Assembly (NCBI GenBank): GCA_963662545.2
Contig: CAXXLL010000002.1
Coordinates: 2,016,001 to 2,080,000, forward strand
Origin: Gammaproteobacteria bacterium
GTDB taxonomy: Bacteria > Pseudomonadota > Gammaproteobacteria > Ga0077536
Direction: 5' to 3'
DNA length: 64,000 nt
A program made the position numbers and the translations under genes. Every line of letters begins with the position of its first letter. The first letter of the stretch is position 1. The notes below the pieces were generated by a model, which saw only the letters and a program-made list of their open reading frames with translations, ran no database searches and had not been told where the DNA came from. Below, piece after piece: positions 59,598 through 64,000 of this stretch.

Positions 59598-61190
59598 ATG
59601 CCCGCGCATCGCCAAGCGCACTTCTACGAGCTACTAGCCGCCGCCGTCACGGGACTGCTGACACTGGCGTTCTATATCTTTGTTTCGCTCAAGGATACGC
59701 TGCACGGCATCAGTACCGACGCGGCGGTCTACGTGCTGATGGCGGACTATTATTCTCCTTATCGCCCGCACGAATTCACGTTTGCGGGTCATCTTTTCGA
59801 AACCTATGCCTATCCGCCGCTCTACCCGATGGTCCTCGGACTGCTCGGCGGCGGCACCGTTTCCCCCGTGGCCAACTACGCTATCGGTTCGGTATTTCTA
59901 GCCGTCTCGATGATCCTGATTTTCGTCTGGGTCGCGCGCCGCGGAGCAAATTTCGCAATGGCCGCGGTGACGACGGCCGTCATCGCGCTCAGCCCGGCGG
60001 CCCTATTCGTCGCGCTCGGCGTGTTCAGTGAGCCGCTTTATCTCGCCTTGTCGTTCGGCGCATTCGTCACCTTGACCGCCCGTCCCCCGGATGCCCGGCA
60101 CTGGCATACGGCGGCGTTGCTCTTCGGGCTCTCCGCCGTAACGCGATCCGTGGGTATCTTCGCGGTCGCGAGCTTCGTGCTCTACTGGTTCTTGCAAACA
60201 CGCGGCCGTCGCTTCCGGGGTGCGCCGGTAATCGCCCTGGCGCTGCCGGCGTGCTGGACCGCGGTCAAATGGTCGCAGGGCTGGAAGGCGAGTTATATCG
60301 GCTCTATGTTCGAAGAAGGCGCAGGCGGCGCACTGACCGATACGATCGAACAAATCCCCGTCAACTTGGAAGCGCTGTGGTATCACCTGGTGCGAAGCTT
60401 CGATTTACTCGGCGGATCCCACGTTGCTGCGGCGCTCGTCCCACTGCTCGCGCTGGCCGCGTTCACGTTTATACGGCGTTTGCGCGCGGGCGAACTCGAC
60501 GCGCTCTACGTCGCCATTTATGTCGCAGTTATCGTCGTTTGGCCGTACCCGAATCACATGCGTCGGTTTCTGCTGATGATCCTGCCTTTCATCGTCGCGT
60601 ATTGGATGTGGGGTGCCGTCGCGCTGGCACAACGGGCGCGCTTTGCATCCTTGCCGCCGCTGGTGCAGTGGACAACGGCGGCGGTCATGGTCAGCATCAT
60701 CCTACCGAGTACGCTTTTTTTCACGGTGCAGATTCAACAGTACGCGGGCACAGCGCAGGCCGACAAACCGAAAATAGCCGCCTGGTACGGCCGTGACAGC
60801 CAGGCGGAATCGCTCGCGGCGATCGAATTCGGCAGCCGCCTGCTCAACGCCATCGCCGACACGGGGCGCCATGTTCCGGATGGCGCGTGCGTGACCTCGA
60901 CGATGCCCGAGTTCGTTCAGTTGCATGCGCGACGCAAGAGCCTGCGCCCGCCGCGGGCGGGTCCAGGCAACGCCGATATCCTGCGACACGTCGAACACTG
61001 TCCCTACGTCCTCATGGTCCGCGCGGCCCTTTTTCCATCCACGGGTTACGCTTTTTATTACCCACTGCGCGAGCTGCAGCACCAGTTGGAAGTACTGCAC
61101 CGGGTGCCGCTGGACATGAACGAAGCCGGCAGCGAGCCGTTGTTGATCCTGGCCCGGTTTACGGGCCGCTCGGTGCAAGGTAATGAATAG
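59598..61190 (+). CDS. Polytopic membrane protein, GT-C (ArnT/PMT-like) glycosyltransferase
   Basis: D...Y..MA, YPPLYP, SEPLY, TR..G, RFLL.ILP; many TM segments plus soluble C-terminal tail. Confidence 0.65.
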   Translation: MPAHRQAHFYELLAAAVTGLLTLAFYIFVSLKDTLHGISTDAAVYVLMADYYSPYRPHEFTFAGHLFETYAYPPLYPMVLGLLGGGTVSPVANYAIGSVFLAVSMILIFVWVARRGANFAMAAVTTAVIALSPAALFVALGVFSEPLYLALSFGAFVTLTARPPDARHWHTAALLFGLSAVTRSVGIFAVASFVLYWFLQTRGRRFRGAPVIALALPACWTAVKWSQGWKASYIGSMFEEGAGGALTDTIEQIPVNLEALWYHLVRSFDLLGGSHVAAALVPLLALAAFTFIRRLRAGELDALYVAIYVAVIVVWPYPNHMRRFLLMILPFIVAYWMWGAVALAQRARFASLPPLVQWTTAAVMVSIILPSTLFFTVQIQQYAGTAQADKPKIAAWYGRDSQAESLAAIEFGSRLLNAIADTGRHVPDGACVTSTMPEFVQLHARRKSLRPPRAGPGNADILRHVEHCPYVLMVRAALFPSTGYAFYYPLRELQHQLEVLHRVPLDMNEAGSEPLLILARFTGRSVQGNE

Positions 61191-61374
61191 AATGTCAGAT
61201 TTTGTTCGCCCGCTCGCGGGCGAATAGAGTGATCAGATCTTATCGCGCGATCGTCTCGCTCGTCATCCGTGCAATAAGCGAAACAATTCGCGGCGCGGTG
61301 TCAGCCGGGCGTTTAGTCAGCTCGAAAATCACTATAATGTCCGTCCCGTCGCAGGGAAAAATCAGGGGGAAACC

Positions 61375-61830
61375 ATGGCAGGACTTTATTACGAGGAATT
61401 CAGTATCGGGCAGAAATTCGACCACGCCATACGCAGGACAGTCACCGAAACCGATAACATCCTGTTCACAACGATGACGCACAATCCTGCGCGGCTGCAT
61501 CTGGACGAGGAGTACTGCCGCGAGCACACCGAATTCGGCCAACGGATCGTCAACAGCTGCTTCACGCTCGCTCTCATGGTCGGTGTATCGGTGCACGACA
61601 CGACGCTCGGCACCACCGTCGCCAACCTCGGCTGGGACGAAGTGCGATTTCCGCGTCCGGTTTTTCATGGCGACACGCTGCGGTCCGAGTCCGAGGTGCT
61701 CGAAATGAGGCTGAGCAAGTCCCGACCCGAAAACGGCATCGTCATCTTCGCCCACCGGGCATACAACCAGAAAGATGAACTCGTGGCCGAATGCAAGCGT
61801 TCGGCGCTGATGTTGAGGAAACCCAACTGA
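61375..61830 (+). CDS. MaoC-family dehydratase
   Basis: [18 protein letters not shown]...LH.D, ANLG...VRFP.PVF.GDT. Confidence 0.92.
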   Translation: MAGLYYEEFSIGQKFDHAIRRTVTETDNILFTTMTHNPARLHLDEEYCREHTEFGQRIVNSCFTLALMVGVSVHDTTLGTTVANLGWDEVRFPRPVFHGDTLRSESEVLEMRLSKSRPENGIVIFAHRAYNQKDELVAECKRSALMLRKPN

Positions 61831-62705
61831 TGATGCGATCACTCCTGTTCGTGCCCGGCGACAGCGAGAAGAAGCTAGCGAAAGCACTCGATCTCCTTGC
61901 CGATGGGGTGGTGCTGGATCTTGAAGATTCCGTGGTAGCGCAGCGCAAGGATCTCGCGCGAAACATGACCCGCGACTTTCTGATGGGCCGATCGAAGACA
62001 TCCACCCAGCTCTGGGTGCGGATCAATCCACTCGACAGTGGCGATGTACTCCACGACCTCGCTGCCATCGTGCCCACTGCACCCGACGGCATCATGCTGC
62101 CGAAGGCCGAGTCACCCCTGGACGTGGAAAAGGTATCCAACTTCATCGACGTGCTCGAGGTCGAACACGGCCTCGAGATCGGCAGCGTCGGCATCATCCC
62201 GGTCGCCACTGAAACGCCGACGGCCGTTTTCAACATCGGGGATTATCAATTCGGATCGCCGCGGATCCGGGCACTCACCTGGGGAGCGGAGGACCTGAGC
62301 GCCGCGATCGGCGCGAGCGAAAACGTCGACGAAATCGGCAGCTGGCTGCCGCCGCACCAGGTGACGCGCGCCTTGTGCCTGTTCGCCGCCTACGCCGGCG
62401 GCGTTCAGGCGATGGATACAGTGATGGCCGATTTTCGCAATGAGGACGGCTTGAAACGCGTGTGTAACGAAGCGCGTCGCGACGGTTTCACCGGCAAGAT
62501 CGCCATCCACCCGGCGCAGGTTCCCGTGATCAACGAGGCGTTCTCACCTTCGACTGAGGAACTCGCCCACGCGCGCGCCGTGATCGACGCATTCGCGGCC
62601 ACGCCCGACGCAGGCACCCTGAGCCTGGACGGCAAAATGATCGATCGGCCACATCTCACGCAGGCCGAGCGCATCGTCGCTCTTGCCGAGATGTTGGATC
62701 GGTAG
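61830..62705 (+). CDS. CitE/HpcH-family acyl-CoA lyase (citramalyl/malyl-CoA lyase-like)
   Basis: RSLLFVPGD, DLEDSV, VRIN, GAEDL, GF.GK.AIHP.Q, GKMID.PH. Confidence 0.92.
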   Translation: MMRSLLFVPGDSEKKLAKALDLLADGVVLDLEDSVVAQRKDLARNMTRDFLMGRSKTSTQLWVRINPLDSGDVLHDLAAIVPTAPDGIMLPKAESPLDVEKVSNFIDVLEVEHGLEIGSVGIIPVATETPTAVFNIGDYQFGSPRIRALTWGAEDLSAAIGASENVDEIGSWLPPHQVTRALCLFAAYAGGVQAMDTVMADFRNEDGLKRVCNEARRDGFTGKIAIHPAQVPVINEAFSPSTEELAHARAVIDAFAATPDAGTLSLDGKMIDRPHLTQAERIVALAEMLDR

Positions 62706-62820
62706 AGCGCCGCGCAGAAACGGAATTTCGTTTTTTCAAACGGCCTACACCGGGAATTAATCGAGGCGCGCCGGGAGCGGTACCCCGACAAAACGCAATT
62801 AATAACGAGGAGAACCGTTC

Positions 62821-63678
62821 ATGAGTAACTGGACTGAGAAGAAAAAATTCGTCACGGTCGATGGCAGCGCGATGGCCTATGTCGAAATGGGGCAGGGCCG
62901 GCCGATCGTATTCCAGCACGGAAACCCGACCTCGTCCTATCTATGGCGCAACATCATGCCCCAGCTCGAGGATCTCGGGCGTTGTCTTGCGATCGATCTG
63001 ATCGGCATGGGCGATTCCGACAAGCTGCCGGAATCAGGGCCCGAACGCTACACCTTCAAGGAGCATCGGCATTACTGGGACGGGGCACTGGATGCCTTGG
63101 GAGTCAACGAGGACGTGGTGCTGGTCATTCACGACTGGGGCAGCGCACTCGGGTTTGACTGGACGTACCGGCATCCGCAGGCGGTTGCAGGCGTGTGCTA
63201 TATGGAGGGTATCGTCAAACGCCTGAGCTGGGACGACTGGCCGACCTCGGCGGTCGACATCTTTCGTACCTTTCGCTCCCCGGCCGGCGAGGACGTCGTG
63301 CTGCAGAAAAATATATTCGTCGAAAACGTATTACCGGCTGCAGTCCTGCGCGATCTGAGCGACGAAGACATGGCCGCCTACCGGGCGCCGTTCCTAAACC
63401 CGGGCGAGGATCGCAGGCCTACCTTGACCTGGCCGCGCCAGATCCCGCTTGCCGACGAACCGCTCGAGGTGTGTGAAATCGTCGACGCTTACGGCGCGTT
63501 CATGAAGGATTCGGATATTCCGAAACTCTTCATCAAGGCCGAGCCGGGCATGATCATGAACGGCGCCCCAGGCGACTTCGCCGCCACCTGGAAGAACCAG
63601 ACCGAAGCCAAAGTGAAAGGCCTGCATTTCATGCAAGAGGATTCCCCGGACGAAATCGCCACGGCCATACGCAGCTAG
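62821..63678 (+). CDS. Haloalkane dehalogenase (HLD-II, LinB/DhaA-like)
   Basis: HGNPTSSYLWRN, HDWG (nucleophile), ME (acid), WPRQIP, HFMQEDSP (base). Confidence 0.94.
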   Translation: MSNWTEKKKFVTVDGSAMAYVEMGQGRPIVFQHGNPTSSYLWRNIMPQLEDLGRCLAIDLIGMGDSDKLPESGPERYTFKEHRHYWDGALDALGVNEDVVLVIHDWGSALGFDWTYRHPQAVAGVCYMEGIVKRLSWDDWPTSAVDIFRTFRSPAGEDVVLQKNIFVENVLPAAVLRDLSDEDMAAYRAPFLNPGEDRRPTLTWPRQIPLADEPLEVCEIVDAYGAFMKDSDIPKLFIKAEPGMIMNGAPGDFAATWKNQTEAKVKGLHFMQEDSPDEIATAIRS

Positions 63679-63811
63679 CTTGAGTCGATCTGAACTGGCC
63701 TCTTAATCGATCGCGACACCATGATTTCGCGGCACCCGATCATCGCGCCGCCGGCGATCCCCGATCGCTCGACTTCGACAAAACAAACGCCGCCGTAGAC
63801 AGGACAACGAC

Positions 63812-64000
63812 ATGAGTTCACACGATGAAAACGTTCGCAAGATTACGACCCGAACGCTGCGGGAGATGAAAAAAGAGGGCGAGAAAATCGCCTGCATCAC
63901 GGCCTACGACGCCGCTTTTGCACGGGTCATCGATCGCGCCGGCATGGATGTGATCCTGGTTGGCGACTCGGTCGGCATGGTGGTTCAGGGTCGTGCGACG
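63812..64000 (+). CDS. panB: 3-methyl-2-oxobutanoate hydroxymethyltransferase, partial
   Basis: Manual translation: [16 protein letters not shown]...[16 protein letters not shown]. Confidence 0.93.
   Translation, partial: MSSHDENVRKITTRTLREMKKEGEKIACITAYDAAFARVIDRAGMDVILVGDSVGMVVQGRAT

Overview
GC-rich (roughly 60-65% by eye) bacterial chromosomal segment, most consistent with an environmental proteobacterium (inference). It is packed almost entirely with catabolic and redox enzymes. It holds a complete coenzyme F420 biosynthesis operon (cofE-cofD-cofC-fbiC) and nine luciferase-like (LLM) oxidoreductases, several of predicted F420-dependent subfamilies. It also has several acyl-CoA/beta-oxidation modules: five acyl-CoA dehydrogenase genes, three crotonases, three CaiB/BaiF CoA transferases including a mesaconyl-CoA C1-C4 transferase homolog, and a thiolase with an HMGS-like/DUF35 partner. 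Other modules are a CarAa/OxoO-type Rieske oxygenase meta-cleavage cluster with unusual accessory genes, a rearranged and divergent acetone-carboxylase-like triad whose beta subunit is frameshifted, and two unrelated dehalogenases. Non-coding or decayed features missed by the ORF track include an IS6 remnant, an SDR with a stop at codon 5, a YkvI-like gene fragment, several different REP/MITE-like inverted-repeat elements, and a long structured leader upstream of an RRM gene. I found no rRNA, tRNA or CRISPR array and no recognisable transcriptional regulator. All product calls come from motif recognition by eye; no database search was run.
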